NCBI GenBank assembly: GCA_002347855.1
Contig: DDYE01000017.1
Span: 271,685 to 335,684, forward strand
Source: Fidelibacterota bacterium UBA2242
GTDB taxonomy: Bacteria; Fidelibacterota; UBA2242
Reading direction: 5' to 3'
Length of the DNA: 64,000 nucleotides
Positions 40,249 through 50,229 of this stretch are shown one piece after another. The notes beneath the pieces are model-generated. The model did not search any database. It was not told the DNA's origin and saw only the letters and a list, made by a program, of their open reading frames with translations. The number at the start of each line of letters is the position of its first letter. Within the stretch, counting starts at the first letter, position 1. A program made the translations under genes and the position numbers.

Positions 40249-41351
40249 ACGACGCAATACAGAATCTACGAGTGTTATTAGTCGGAGGATATCCACCGCC
40301 CTATGGGGGTGTAACTGTGCATATTCAACGTCTGCAGCATTATTTGAATAGAGCTGGCGCTAATTGCCTCGTGCTAAATCAGTTCCGTAGTGAGGGGCAA
40401 CCATCTGGGAATATAATTAATCTTTCTGGTGGGAGGTTGGCGCAGTATTTTAAGATGCGGGCTTTGTTAACCAGGACGGACGCTCAAATTATCCATTTTC
40501 ACTTTTCTAAATTGGGTAATTTCTTAATCGGGGGGAGGCATTTAATTAAAGCGGCTGGTAAGGCTATATGTGTGGCAACCTGTCATTCAGGGCAATTAGC
40601 GGTAGAGTTTGCCCACCGCCATAAATTTTATCGGTTGGCAGCAATTGATCTTATTCGGGCATTTGATCACCTGATTGCCGTGAACCCTCAGCAGGTGGAA
40701 TTTTATACTAAAGTTATTGGGATTGAAGCGATACGCGTCAGTCTAATACCAACCTTCATTCTGCCAGAAAGTAGTCAGATTGAATTGCCTCAAGCGATGC
40801 TTAATAAGGTTACTGCCCTACGAAAATGTTGCCGTTGGATTTTGATGGTCAGCGGTTATTTATTGCCATATTATGGTTTTGATTTGTTTCTGGAGGCAGT
40901 TGCTAATTTAGAACGACTCTATCATGCCAAATTTGGGCTGATTTTTATATTTTATACTAAGGCTGATGAGAATTATCGCCAATTATTATTAGCAAAAATT
41001 GAAAAACATGGTTGTAGTCTAGTCTACGAGAATATTAAGCCAAATGACTTTCTGGGGTTATTACAGCAGAGCGATCTTTTTGTGCGTCCTACTCTGGCGG
41101 ATTCTTTCGGCGTATCAGTCGCGGAGGCTTTATATCTGGGAACACCAGTGGTAGCCAGCGATGTCTGTGCGCGACAAGAAGGGGCGGTGCTTTTCAGAAG
41201 TGGTGATGTGCAGGATTTAGTAGCCAAAATTCGGGCGGTAATTGAAAATTATGCAAATATCAAAGCCACACTTACCGAAATTAATCTTCCAAATAACGCT
41301 GAGCAATTGCTGGCTTTATACTACGAGCTTATTAAACAGGGGGAAAAATGA
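40245..41351 (+). CDS. Glycosyltransferase family 4 (GT-B)
   Basis: RPTLADSFGVSVAEALYLGTPVVASD matches the E-x7-E GT4 C-terminal motif. Confidence 0.75.
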   Translation: MNDAIQNLRVLLVGGYPPPYGGVTVHIQRLQHYLNRAGANCLVLNQFRSEGQPSGNIINLSGGRLAQYFKMRALLTRTDAQIIHFHFSKLGNFLIGGRHLIKAAGKAICVATCHSGQLAVEFAHRHKFYRLAAIDLIRAFDHLIAVNPQQVEFYTKVIGIEAIRVSLIPTFILPESSQIELPQAMLNKVTALRKCCRWILMVSGYLLPYYGFDLFLEAVANLERLYHAKFGLIFIFYTKADENYRQLLLAKIEKHGCSLVYENIKPNDFLGLLQQSDLFVRPTLADSFGVSVAEALYLGTPVVASDVCARQEGAVLFRSGDVQDLVAKIRAVIENYANIKATLTEINLPNNAEQLLALYYELIKQGEK

Positions 41352-43474
41352 AGCAGATTGTGCAACATTTAAAAAATGGAAGCATAGAGCTTGCGGAAGT
41401 ACCACGACCAATAGTTACCCGTGGTAAAGTATTAATCAAGACGCAGCTTAGTCTAATTTCGGTCGGAACTGAAAGGATGTTAGTCGAATTTGGTCGCTCA
41501 GGTTGGCTTGCTAAAGCCCAACAGCAACCAGATAAGGTACGTCAGGTTTTAGATAAAATTAAAACTGATGGTCTCATTGCGACGATTGAGGCTGTTACTG
41601 CCAAATTAGATGAACCAATGCCTTTAGGCTATTGTAATGTCGGGGAAATTGTGGAGATTGGCGAAGGTGTGACAGATTTACAAATTGGTGATCGTGTCGT
41701 TTCAAATGGTCCCCACGCCGAATTTGTAACTGTTTCTCAAAACTTGTGTGTTCGTATTCCAGACAGCGTGCCCGATGAAACGGCTGTTTTTACTGTCCTT
41801 GGTTCAATTGGTTTACAGGGGATTCGACTGGCTCAACCTAGTCTCGGAGAAACATTTGTCGTGACAGGTTTAGGTTTGATTGGTCTTCTGTCGGTTCAAA
41901 TCCTCCTGGCTAATGGTTGTAAAGTTATAGGTATTGATGTAAATCCCCAGCGAGTGGCTTTAGCGCGCCGCTTTGGAGCATACGCAATCAATGTCAGTAA
42001 AGAAGATCCTGTCGCAATCTGTGCTGCTTTGACGAATGGTAAAGGGGTGGACGGCGTACTGATTACGGCAGCCACTAAAAGTAACGAGCCGATTCACCAG
42101 GCTGCTCAAATGGCTCGTAAGCGTGGCAGAATTGTATTGGTTGGTGTAACAGGATTGGAACTCAATCGGGCAGATTTTTATGAAAAGGAACTAAGTTTTC
42201 AGGTTTCTTGTTCCTATGGTCCGGGCAGATATGATGAAAATTATGAGCAAAAGGGACAGGACTATCCTGTCGGTTATGTGCGCTGGACTGAAAGGCGCAA
42301 TTTTGAAGCAATTTTGGATTTAATGGCAACTAATAAATTAGATGTTCAACCGCTTATAAGCCATGTTTATCCATTTCAGCAAGCAGGCGAGGCTTACGAT
42401 ACCATAATGCAAAAGAGAGATGCGCTCGGTGTGATATTAGAGTACAAACCAAAAGTTCAAGATGAATCTGTGCGCATCGAGGTTAAGTCGGCAATATTAA
42501 AGACTGCTGCTCCCGCGGTCAATGTTGGCGTAATTGGAGTTGGTAACTACGCCAAACTTATGTTGCTACCGGCTCTTAAAGAAACAGGTGTAAATTTGAG
42601 CAGTGTGGCTGATATTGTGCCATTAGACGCAAGTTATGCCGCTCGTAAATTTGCTTTTCAGACTGCTACCAGTGATTATCATACTATTTTAGCTGATGAA
42701 GACATCAACACGGTATTTATTACCACCCGCCACGATTTACATGCCCGCTTAGTTTGTGAATTTCTTACTGCGGGTAAGAATGTTTTTGTCGAGAAGCCGC
42801 TGGCGTTGAATAAAGAGGAGTTAAGAAAAGTCGAAGAAATCTATCTGAAAGCCGATAGCCGCTTGATGGTCGGATATAATCGGCGCTTTGCTCCCCAGGT
42901 CATCAGAATGAAAGAATTGCTGATAGACAGAAGCGAACCTATTTGTATCAATATTCTGGTTAATGCGGGATACATACCGCCTGAACATTGGGTTCATGAT
43001 CCCCTGGTTGGTGGCGGACGAATCATTGGTGAGGGGTGCCATTTTGTGGACTTGATTGCTTTTTTATGTTGTAGTAAGGTGGTACAGGTTAGCGCTATTG
43101 GAGTTAGAGGCGATTATTTGCGTGACAAGGTCAGTATTAACCTGCGACTCGCTGATGGCTCAATCGGAACTATTCAATACTTAGCCAATGGCAATAAACA
43201 ATATCCTAAGGAAACAGTACAAGTTTTCAGTTCAGGACGAATCCTGGAACTCGTGAATTTTCGCAAATTAGTTGGTTATGGCTGGAAAGGTTTTCGAAAA
43301 TTTAATTTATGGAAACAAGATAAAGGGCATAAGGCAGAAATCAAAGCCTTTATCACGGCGATTTGCACTGGACAAGTTGCACCAATATCGTTCGAGGAAA
43401 TGAAAAACACAAGCGAAGCAACTTTTGCTATCATGGAAGCCCTGGAATCAAAACAGACCGTCGAAATAAAATGA
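41348..43474 (+). CDS. Bi-domain oxidoreductase: N-terminal Zn-dependent alcohol dehydrogenase (MDR) fused to C-terminal Gfo/Idh/MocA
   Basis: The N-half carries the GroES-like fold and GLGLIGLL. The C-half reads VGVIGVGNYAKLMLLPAL and VFVEKPLALNKEE. Total length is 708 aa. Confidence 0.75.
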   Translation: MKQIVQHLKNGSIELAEVPRPIVTRGKVLIKTQLSLISVGTERMLVEFGRSGWLAKAQQQPDKVRQVLDKIKTDGLIATIEAVTAKLDEPMPLGYCNVGEIVEIGEGVTDLQIGDRVVSNGPHAEFVTVSQNLCVRIPDSVPDETAVFTVLGSIGLQGIRLAQPSLGETFVVTGLGLIGLLSVQILLANGCKVIGIDVNPQRVALARRFGAYAINVSKEDPVAICAALTNGKGVDGVLITAATKSNEPIHQAAQMARKRGRIVLVGVTGLELNRADFYEKELSFQVSCSYGPGRYDENYEQKGQDYPVGYVRWTERRNFEAILDLMATNKLDVQPLISHVYPFQQAGEAYDTIMQKRDALGVILEYKPKVQDESVRIEVKSAILKTAAPAVNVGVIGVGNYAKLMLLPALKETGVNLSSVADIVPLDASYAARKFAFQTATSDYHTILADEDINTVFITTRHDLHARLVCEFLTAGKNVFVEKPLALNKEELRKVEEIYLKADSRLMVGYNRRFAPQVIRMKELLIDRSEPICINILVNAGYIPPEHWVHDPLVGGGRIIGEGCHFVDLIAFLCCSKVVQVSAIGVRGDYLRDKVSINLRLADGSIGTIQYLANGNKQYPKETVQVFSSGRILELVNFRKLVGYGWKGFRKFNLWKQDKGHKAEIKAFITAICTGQVAPISFEEMKNTSEATFAIMEALESKQTVEIK

Positions 43475-45477
43475 ATCTTAGCCTTCCATTTTATCTTCTC
43501 AAAGAGATGGGACCGAGATGGGTTTTCTATCGTGGTCTGTACTGGCTTTACCAGCGTACTAGGCTCCAGCAATTATTTTTTCCTGCACGCCAAATTAATT
43601 TTCAGCAGTACTCAAAACTACCGCTTGATTTTTCGAAGGAAGAGATAAAGTCATGTTTAAATTTCTGGCTTGGCAAGGTGGATGAACACGCTAATCTCAG
43701 GAGTTTTTATAACGATTATCCTGAAATTCAATCTCAAATTAAAAATCGCTATACTGCCCTGAAAGCCGGCCGCTTCACCTTTTTTTCAAAGTTAGAATTT
43801 GATTTGGGATTGCCACCGAATTGGTTTTTAAGCCCACAGACCTCCAAAACCAGTCAGGCGAATTGCCACTGGACAAAAATTCGTGACTTCGATGCAAGCC
43901 TTGGTGATATTAAATTCGTCTGGGAATTATCACGTTTTGCCTGGGTTTATGATCTTGTGCGATACTATGTATTGACGGAGGATGAAGAAGCAGTAGAACT
44001 GTTCTGGTACTTATTTGAAGATTGGATTACAAAGAATTTTCCGGAAAAAGGACCGCATTGGAAATGTGGTCAGGAAATTGCCATGCGCTCTTTAGCGGTT
44101 CTATTCGTACTCCAGCATACCTTTTATGCTAAAGCAACTACCCCGACAAGAATACGTCTGGCTGGGGGCTTCTTACGGTATAATGCCCAACATATTAAGC
44201 GCAACTTTTGGTATGCTAATCGCTCAATTAAAAATAATCATACGATTAGTGAAGCTGCCGGTTTATATCTCATCGGTAATTTCCTAAAGTATCTGAAGGA
44301 ATCTGCTCAATGGAGAAAAATCGGCAAGCGTACTTTAGAACGGGAAATTCAGCGTCAGGTTTATATTGACGGAACTTATTTGCAGCATTCGTTTAATTAC
44401 GAGCGTTTAGTTGTCCAGTGGCTATGTGTGTGTCTTACCGCAAATAAATGGGGTGCAGATGAATTTTCAAGAGAAATTACCCAACGGCTAAGAAGCATGG
44501 CCGAAACGCTTTATCAACTCCAGGATGAGCATAGTGGGCAACTGCCCAATTATGGTGCAAATGATGGAACGCTTTTGCAGCCGCTAACATCCTGCGACTA
44601 TTTAGATTACCGACCACAGCTGCAAGCTGCCTACTTTTTGACCACGCGACGCCGTCTATATGTACCGGGCATCTGGGACGAATTATTAATCTGGTTGCAG
44701 GGAGTGGTTCCGGAAGAAACTGCCCGTGATAAAATTCAGCGCATCACCTCTGCTTTTGAAATTGGAGGCTACTATATTCTACGATTAACTGAAGATGAAC
44801 CTCATTTTATGTTGCGGTGTGCTAATTATCATCACCGCCCTGGGCATGCTGACATGCTTCACCTGGATTTTTGGTACGGCGGAGTAAATGTCCTCACTGA
44901 CTCTGGTACCTTTTCTTACTTTCCAGCGGATGAGGCAAAAATGGGCTTTGTCGAGACTAAAGCCCATAACACCGTCTGGGTCGATGGACGCAGTCAGATG
45001 GATCACTGGGGTGCGTTTCTTTGGACAAAATGGACTAAATCCAAACTGGTGCGTTTTGTCAAAGAAACAGAGCAAATCAAATGGGAAGGCGAGGTTTATG
45101 ACCATCAAGGAATAATCCACAATCGCAGCCTAATTCTGCGAAATGGTTTATGTATTGTCCGTGATCGAATCGTCGGCAATTTTAATTTTGCTGAGATTAA
45201 TTGGAACGTTAATGCTCTCATTTTATCCCAAAATGATTATTGGCAAATTCAGATTGGCGATAGGTCGCTTTACATTCTTACTAATTATCAGTTAGAAGCC
45301 ATCCCAGGTGAAATTTCCCGCTATTATGGTCATCTGGAAAAAATCACTCGTTTGCATAGTAGACAAAAATCAAACCAAGAGAAGGTAATTTGGGTAACAT
45401 TATTAGCGTGGAGTAATGCGGAATCACCCTTAGAAATTGATAAATTAAGACGACAATATTTATTTCGTGAAAATTGA
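43471..45477 (+). CDS. Heparinase II/III family protein
   Basis: HPGHADMLHLDFWYGGVNVLTDSGT is a Hepar_II_III-like motif. The start overlaps the previous stop in an ATGA arrangement. The ORF-track start at 43363 is disfavoured. Confidence 0.65.
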   Translation: MNLSLPFYLLKEMGPRWVFYRGLYWLYQRTRLQQLFFPARQINFQQYSKLPLDFSKEEIKSCLNFWLGKVDEHANLRSFYNDYPEIQSQIKNRYTALKAGRFTFFSKLEFDLGLPPNWFLSPQTSKTSQANCHWTKIRDFDASLGDIKFVWELSRFAWVYDLVRYYVLTEDEEAVELFWYLFEDWITKNFPEKGPHWKCGQEIAMRSLAVLFVLQHTFYAKATTPTRIRLAGGFLRYNAQHIKRNFWYANRSIKNNHTISEAAGLYLIGNFLKYLKESAQWRKIGKRTLEREIQRQVYIDGTYLQHSFNYERLVVQWLCVCLTANKWGADEFSREITQRLRSMAETLYQLQDEHSGQLPNYGANDGTLLQPLTSCDYLDYRPQLQAAYFLTTRRRLYVPGIWDELLIWLQGVVPEETARDKIQRITSAFEIGGYYILRLTEDEPHFMLRCANYHHRPGHADMLHLDFWYGGVNVLTDSGTFSYFPADEAKMGFVETKAHNTVWVDGRSQMDHWGAFLWTKWTKSKLVRFVKETEQIKWEGEVYDHQGIIHNRSLILRNGLCIVRDRIVGNFNFAEINWNVNALILSQNDYWQIQIGDRSLYILTNYQLEAIPGEISRYYGHLEKITRLHSRQKSNQEKVIWVTLLAWSNAESPLEIDKLRRQYLFREN

Positions 45478-46709
45478 TTATGCGTGTTCTTTATATCCAC
45501 CAATATTTTAATACTCATCGTGAAGCCGGTGGGTCGCGCTCATATTCCTTAGCCAGAGCCCTCATAGCAAAAGGACATCAGGTTGTGATGTTAACTTCGA
45601 ATCGCAATAATCCTGACCTACCAGCGGTCTACTCCTGTCAGATTGATGGGATTGAAGTCGTATATGTTAAGAATCGCTATTCGAACAAGATGGGTTTTCT
45701 GCGGCGGATTTTATCCTTCTTACATTTTATGTTCATGTCTATTTTGGTGGCCTCACGAGTGCGCAATATTGATCTGGTTTTTGCTACTTCGACGCCCTTA
45801 ACAGTCGGTATACCAGGGATAATTTTTAAAAGGCTTTATAAGGTTCCTTTTGTCTTTGAAGTTCGTGATTTATGGCCTGAGTTAGCAATTGCCATGGGAA
45901 TAATTAAAAATCGAATAGTTATTAATGTAACCAGCTGGTTGGAAGCAAAAATTTATCAGGAATCTGACCATATTATCAGTTTAGCGCCGGGAATCACCAA
46001 GGGCATAATTGCTAAAAGCGTTCCGGCAGAAAAGGTGACTATGATTTCCAACGGCTGCGACCTGAATTTATTTAGAGCAGAGGTACACTCACAACCATCT
46101 AACTGGCAATTTCAGGAAGAAGATTTAGTTCTGGTTTATGCTGGCACTCATGGATTGGCGAATGGTTTACAATGGGTGATAGAGGTAGCCAAAGAAGCCA
46201 AACTGCGTCGCCAAATACGCATAAAATTTGTTTTGATTGGTGATGGTATGACTAAGCCTGATCTGATTAGACAAAAAGAGCAATTTGAATTAGACAATGT
46301 ATTTTTTCTCGATCCAATGCCTAAGCAACAATTAGTCGATTATTTAGCAGCAGCAGATATGGGTATGCAATTATTGGCAAATGTGCCTTCTTTTTATTAT
46401 GGTACATCACCCAATAAATTTTTTGATTATCTGGCGGCAGGAAAACCGGTTTTAAATAATTATCCCGGTTGGGTGGCAGACTTAATTCGTCAATGGCAAT
46501 GTGGGATTGTTGTCAGATCTGATGACTATGATGATTTTTTCAGGCAAATTGAGCCGTTAATTACTAATCGCCAATTATTGAAAGCGATGGGGGAGAGAGC
46601 GCGGAATTTGGCTTCTGCTCATTTTAGACGAGATGAGCTTGCTACGCGTTTTGTCCAGACTCTGGAGTGTACTTGTCGTGAATATCAGGAGAGGAGGACA
46701 GCTATTTAA
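45474..46709 (+). CDS. Glycosyltransferase family 4 (WbuB-like)
   Basis: The N-terminus is RVLYIHQYFNTHREAGGSRSY. GT-B C-terminal motifs are present. Confidence 0.75.
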   Translation: MIMRVLYIHQYFNTHREAGGSRSYSLARALIAKGHQVVMLTSNRNNPDLPAVYSCQIDGIEVVYVKNRYSNKMGFLRRILSFLHFMFMSILVASRVRNIDLVFATSTPLTVGIPGIIFKRLYKVPFVFEVRDLWPELAIAMGIIKNRIVINVTSWLEAKIYQESDHIISLAPGITKGIIAKSVPAEKVTMISNGCDLNLFRAEVHSQPSNWQFQEEDLVLVYAGTHGLANGLQWVIEVAKEAKLRRQIRIKFVLIGDGMTKPDLIRQKEQFELDNVFFLDPMPKQQLVDYLAAADMGMQLLANVPSFYYGTSPNKFFDYLAAGKPVLNNYPGWVADLIRQWQCGIVVRSDDYDDFFRQIEPLITNRQLLKAMGERARNLASAHFRRDELATRFVQTLECTCREYQERRTAI

Positions 46710-47374
46710 TGGCTTCCTTAAAAGACATTGTTATTGTTGGGGCTGGGGGACATGCCAAAGAAATTGCTTATTTAATCGAAGCGATCAATCTTGAAAAACC
46801 GACCTGGAATCTTTTAGGAATGATAGAACGGGATGCGCAGAACATCGGGAAACCATGCGGTAAATATAGTGTTATTGGCGATGACACCTTTTTCCAAAAG
46901 CGTTATGCTAACCTTAATGTAGTAGTCGCAATTGGGCAACCGCAGCGAGTCAAACAAATTTATACCAGTTTGCAGAATGAATATCCGGAATTGCTCTTCC
47001 CGAATTTAATATTTCCTACCGTCCAGCCTGGTTTGCGAGAGGTAGCGATGGGAATTGGTAACATCATTTGCGAAGGAAACATTTTTACGACGGATATTCA
47101 ACTTGGCTCATTTAATTGTCTTAATCGCGGGAATAATATCAGTCATGATGTTAAAATTGGGGATTTTGTGACGATAAATCCAGGAGTTAACATTTCCGGT
47201 GGGGTAGTAATTGAGTCGGAATGCCTGATTGGTACGGGCGCAACGATTTTGCAATATTTAACAATTGGGAGAGGAGCGGTCGTCGGTGCAGGGGCAGTCG
47301 TTACGAAAAATGTTTCCCCATCTACGACTGTAATTGGAGTTCCTGCTCAACCATTAAAGAGAAAAATTGTTTAA
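46709..47374 (+). CDS. NeuD/PglD-family sugar N-acetyltransferase (left-handed beta-helix)
   Basis: IVIVGAGGHAKEIAYLIEAIN is a Rossmann-like N-terminus. Hexapeptide repeats run through the C-terminus. Confidence 0.7.
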   Translation: MASLKDIVIVGAGGHAKEIAYLIEAINLEKPTWNLLGMIERDAQNIGKPCGKYSVIGDDTFFQKRYANLNVVVAIGQPQRVKQIYTSLQNEYPELLFPNLIFPTVQPGLREVAMGIGNIICEGNIFTTDIQLGSFNCLNRGNNISHDVKIGDFVTINPGVNISGGVVIESECLIGTGATILQYLTIGRGAVVGAGAVVTKNVSPSTTVIGVPAQPLKRKIV

Positions 47375-48364
47375 ATGGAGGTAGTATTGCGAGTCTTAAT
47401 TACGGGAGGTGCTGGGTATATAGGTTCAGTTTTGACCCGGCAACTTTTAGAAAAAGGATATCAAGTCCGTGTCTTGGATTGTCTGAATTATGGAGGCGAG
47501 TCAATCCTCGGTGTTTTAAGCAATCCGAATTTTGAGTTTTTACGGGGAGATATTCGCAGAAAAGCTGATGTCGCAGAAGCACTTCAGGATGTTGATGCGG
47601 TAGTGCATTTAGCGGCTATTGTGGGCGATCCGGCTTGTGCCAAACAACCACAATTAGCGCGTGAGACTAATCTTAATGCCTCACTGATGTTATATGAACT
47701 TTGCCAGAATCAATCAAGCGTGAAGCGTTTCGTTTTTGCATCCACTTGCAGTAATTATGGCAAGATGGAGGGTAGCGATTATATTGATGAGACAGCGCCG
47801 CTTAAACCGATTTCGCTTTATGCCGAATTGAAAGTAGCTTTTGAGCAGCATCTACTGAGTTCAAAAACTCGTGGCGATTTTATCCCGACCGCCTTGCGGT
47901 TTGCTACCGTTTACGGGATTTCGCCAAGGATGCGCTTTGACTTGACCGTGAATGAATTCACACGCGATGCCGCTCTGGGACGCGAGTTGGTGATTTACGG
48001 TGAGCAATTCTGGCGTCCTTATTGTCATGTAGAAGACCTGGCACGGGCGTGTGCTTTAATTCTGGAATCTCCTTGCGATAAAGTAGATCATGAGGTTTTT
48101 GGTGTCGGTGATAAATCGGAAAATTATCAGAAAAAGATGCTTGCCGAAGAAATTAAACGCATTTTACCGGAAACAAAAGTCAAGTATGTCCACAAAGATG
48201 AAGATCCGCGTGATTATCGAGTAGACTTTACCAAAATAAAAAAGCAATTAGGATTCTCAATAACCAAAACCGTTCCACAGGGAATTCGCGAAATTGTCTT
48301 TGTTATTCAGAATGGTATTTTGCACGATCCCTTCAATAAAATTTATTCAAATATCTCGGAGTAA
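47375..48364 (+). CDS. NAD-dependent sugar epimerase/dehydratase (SDR)
   Basis: LITGGAGYIGS is the Rossmann motif. The YxxxK motif reads YAELK. Confidence 0.75.
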   Translation: MEVVLRVLITGGAGYIGSVLTRQLLEKGYQVRVLDCLNYGGESILGVLSNPNFEFLRGDIRRKADVAEALQDVDAVVHLAAIVGDPACAKQPQLARETNLNASLMLYELCQNQSSVKRFVFASTCSNYGKMEGSDYIDETAPLKPISLYAELKVAFEQHLLSSKTRGDFIPTALRFATVYGISPRMRFDLTVNEFTRDAALGRELVIYGEQFWRPYCHVEDLARACALILESPCDKVDHEVFGVGDKSENYQKKMLAEEIKRILPETKVKYVHKDEDPRDYRVDFTKIKKQLGFSITKTVPQGIREIVFVIQNGILHDPFNKIYSNISE

Positions 48365-48366
48365 GT

Positions 48367-49527
48367 ATGATTCCACTTTCTGTCCCGCACATAGCTGGTA
48401 ACGAATGGCAGTATATCAAAGAATGCCTGGATACTGAATGGGTCTCTTCAGCCGGTAAATATGTCGATTTATTTGAACAACAGGTTGCTAAACTGGCCGG
48501 TTCCAAATTTGCGATCGCTTGCGTGAATGGCACTGCTGCTTTGCAAGTTGCTTTAGAAGTTGCCGGTCTAAAACCTGACGAAGAGGTAATAGTCCCAACT
48601 CTTACCTTCATCGCTTCCGTGAATGCAGTGCGTTATAACCGAGCTGAACCAATTTTTTTTGATTGCGATGACTATTACTGTCTTAATATTGATAAAATAA
48701 TCGAGTTCATTCGACAGGAAACTATTTTTAAACATGGTGCGAGTTTTAACCGTAAGACTGGTAAGCGGATAAGAGCCTTGGTAGCAGTCCACGTTTTTGG
48801 AAATGCGGTTAATCTGGAACCACTGTTGGAGCTTTGTCACGAGCGGGGCATCCTTGTAGTCGAAGATGCAGCTGAAAGTATTGGTACAGTTTATCGCGGG
48901 GGAAAGCTGGACGGCAAAGCCACTGGTGTCGTCGGTGACATTGGTTTTTATAGTTTCAATGGCAATAAAATTATCACGACTGGAGGCGGCGGGATGATTG
49001 TTACAAATAATTCCGAGTATGCCGAACGAGCCCGTTACCTGACGACTCAAGCCAAAGATGATGAGGTTCGCTATATTCACCATAACATTGGCTACAATTA
49101 TCGTTTGACCAATATCCAGGCGGCCTTAGGCGTTGCCCAACTCGAAAAATTAGGAGAGTATATCGAAAGAAAGCGCACGAATTATCAATATTTTAAACAG
49201 GCTATTGATCAAATTCCCGGTCTCCATCTGGCTGAAGTTCCACCCTATTGTGAACCCAATTATTGGTTCTATAATTTGCAAATTGATAAGGACATCTACG
49301 GGCGGGATAGAGAAGAATTATTGGCACTTTTTACCGCAGAAAAAATTCAGGTGCGACCAGTCTGGTATTTAAATCACTGGCAAAAGCCTTATGTAAAAAA
49401 TCAAACCTATAAAATCGAAAAAGCCATCCAACTATTCGAAAAAACTTTGAATATTCCCTGTTCCGTCAATTTAACCACAGAGCAACGCACTAAGGTTATT
49501 GAGGTGCTAAAAAATGGTCAACGCTAA
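48367..49527 (+). CDS. DegT/DnrJ/EryC1/StrS-family PLP-dependent sugar aminotransferase (PglE-like)
   Basis: Fold-type I aminotransferase. The PLP-lysine sits in the FYSFNGNKIITTGGGGMIV context. Confidence 0.85.
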   Translation: MIPLSVPHIAGNEWQYIKECLDTEWVSSAGKYVDLFEQQVAKLAGSKFAIACVNGTAALQVALEVAGLKPDEEVIVPTLTFIASVNAVRYNRAEPIFFDCDDYYCLNIDKIIEFIRQETIFKHGASFNRKTGKRIRALVAVHVFGNAVNLEPLLELCHERGILVVEDAAESIGTVYRGGKLDGKATGVVGDIGFYSFNGNKIITTGGGGMIVTNNSEYAERARYLTTQAKDDEVRYIHHNIGYNYRLTNIQAALGVAQLEKLGEYIERKRTNYQYFKQAIDQIPGLHLAEVPPYCEPNYWFYNLQIDKDIYGRDREELLALFTAEKIQVRPVWYLNHWQKPYVKNQTYKIEKAIQLFEKTLNIPCSVNLTTEQRTKVIEVLKNGQR

Positions 49528-50206
49528 TCGTTATCTGCAACGGTTAATTAAATATTCCCTGGATAAACTATTATCTATACTGGGTTTATTAATCACCTCT
49601 CCAATCTTTGTTTTTGTTGCTCTCATTCTAAAACTAAAGGGGCAAGATGTTTTTTTTAAGCAAGCAAGAGTGGGAGAGGATGGCAAAGACTTTTGGGTTT
49701 TCAAGTTCACTACAATGCCCAAAGGTTCCGAAAAATTAGGTTTAATAACGACTAGCAACGACAGCAGACCATTTGCGTTTGGGAAATTTCTACGGAAGAC
49801 TAAAATCAATGAATTACCACAATTACTGAATGTTCTCAATGGCAGTATGAGTCTAGTCGGACCACGCCCACTGGTTCGTGAACAAATAGAAGAAGGACTG
49901 ACAGCTGCTGAGATTAAAGCCTTCTATCGGATGCGGCCTGGGATTACTGGCGCAGGCTCGCTCTATTTTCACCACGAAGACCGTTTATTAGCCAACGTTG
50001 CTGAACCGCATCGGTATTATCGAGAAGTGATTCTACCTCAAAAAAAATCCATCGAACAAGCCTACGCTGAGCATTGGAATCTCTGGCTTGATATAAAACT
50101 ATTGTGGTTGACGATATGGGTTGTAATTTTAGATTGGATTGGTAAAGAGGTGACCGATGTTCAATTGGATCTTTTTAAAGATATTAGGAAAGCAGATGAA
50201 AATTAG
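49514..50206 (+). CDS. Small monotopic phosphoglycosyltransferase (PglC/WbaP catalytic-domain type, bacterial sugar transferase)
   Basis: A re-entrant helix at the N-terminus, then KFTTMPKGSEKLG...KINELPQLLNVLNGSMSLVGPRP. Confidence 0.8.
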   Translation: MVNANRYLQRLIKYSLDKLLSILGLLITSPIFVFVALILKLKGQDVFFKQARVGEDGKDFWVFKFTTMPKGSEKLGLITTSNDSRPFAFGKFLRKTKINELPQLLNVLNGSMSLVGPRPLVREQIEEGLTAAEIKAFYRMRPGITGAGSLYFHHEDRLLANVAEPHRYYREVILPQKKSIEQAYAEHWNLWLDIKLLWLTIWVVILDWIGKEVTDVQLDLFKDIRKADEN

Positions 50207-50229
50207 CTATTTAGTATCTTAAGGTATAT

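Noticed and set aside
43363-43470. 5' extension of the heparinase II/III ORF (ORF-track start 43363) overlapping the previous gene by 112 nt
   Set aside because: The internal ATG at 43471 gives the typical ATGA stop/start overlap and begins a sensible N-terminus (MNLSLPFYLL). The longer extension overlaps a conserved Gfo/Idh/MocA C-terminus in another frame.
47221-47535. 104-aa ORF overlapping the acetyltransferase/epimerase junction
   Set aside because: It is an alternative frame of two well-supported genes. Cys/Arg-rich nonsense.
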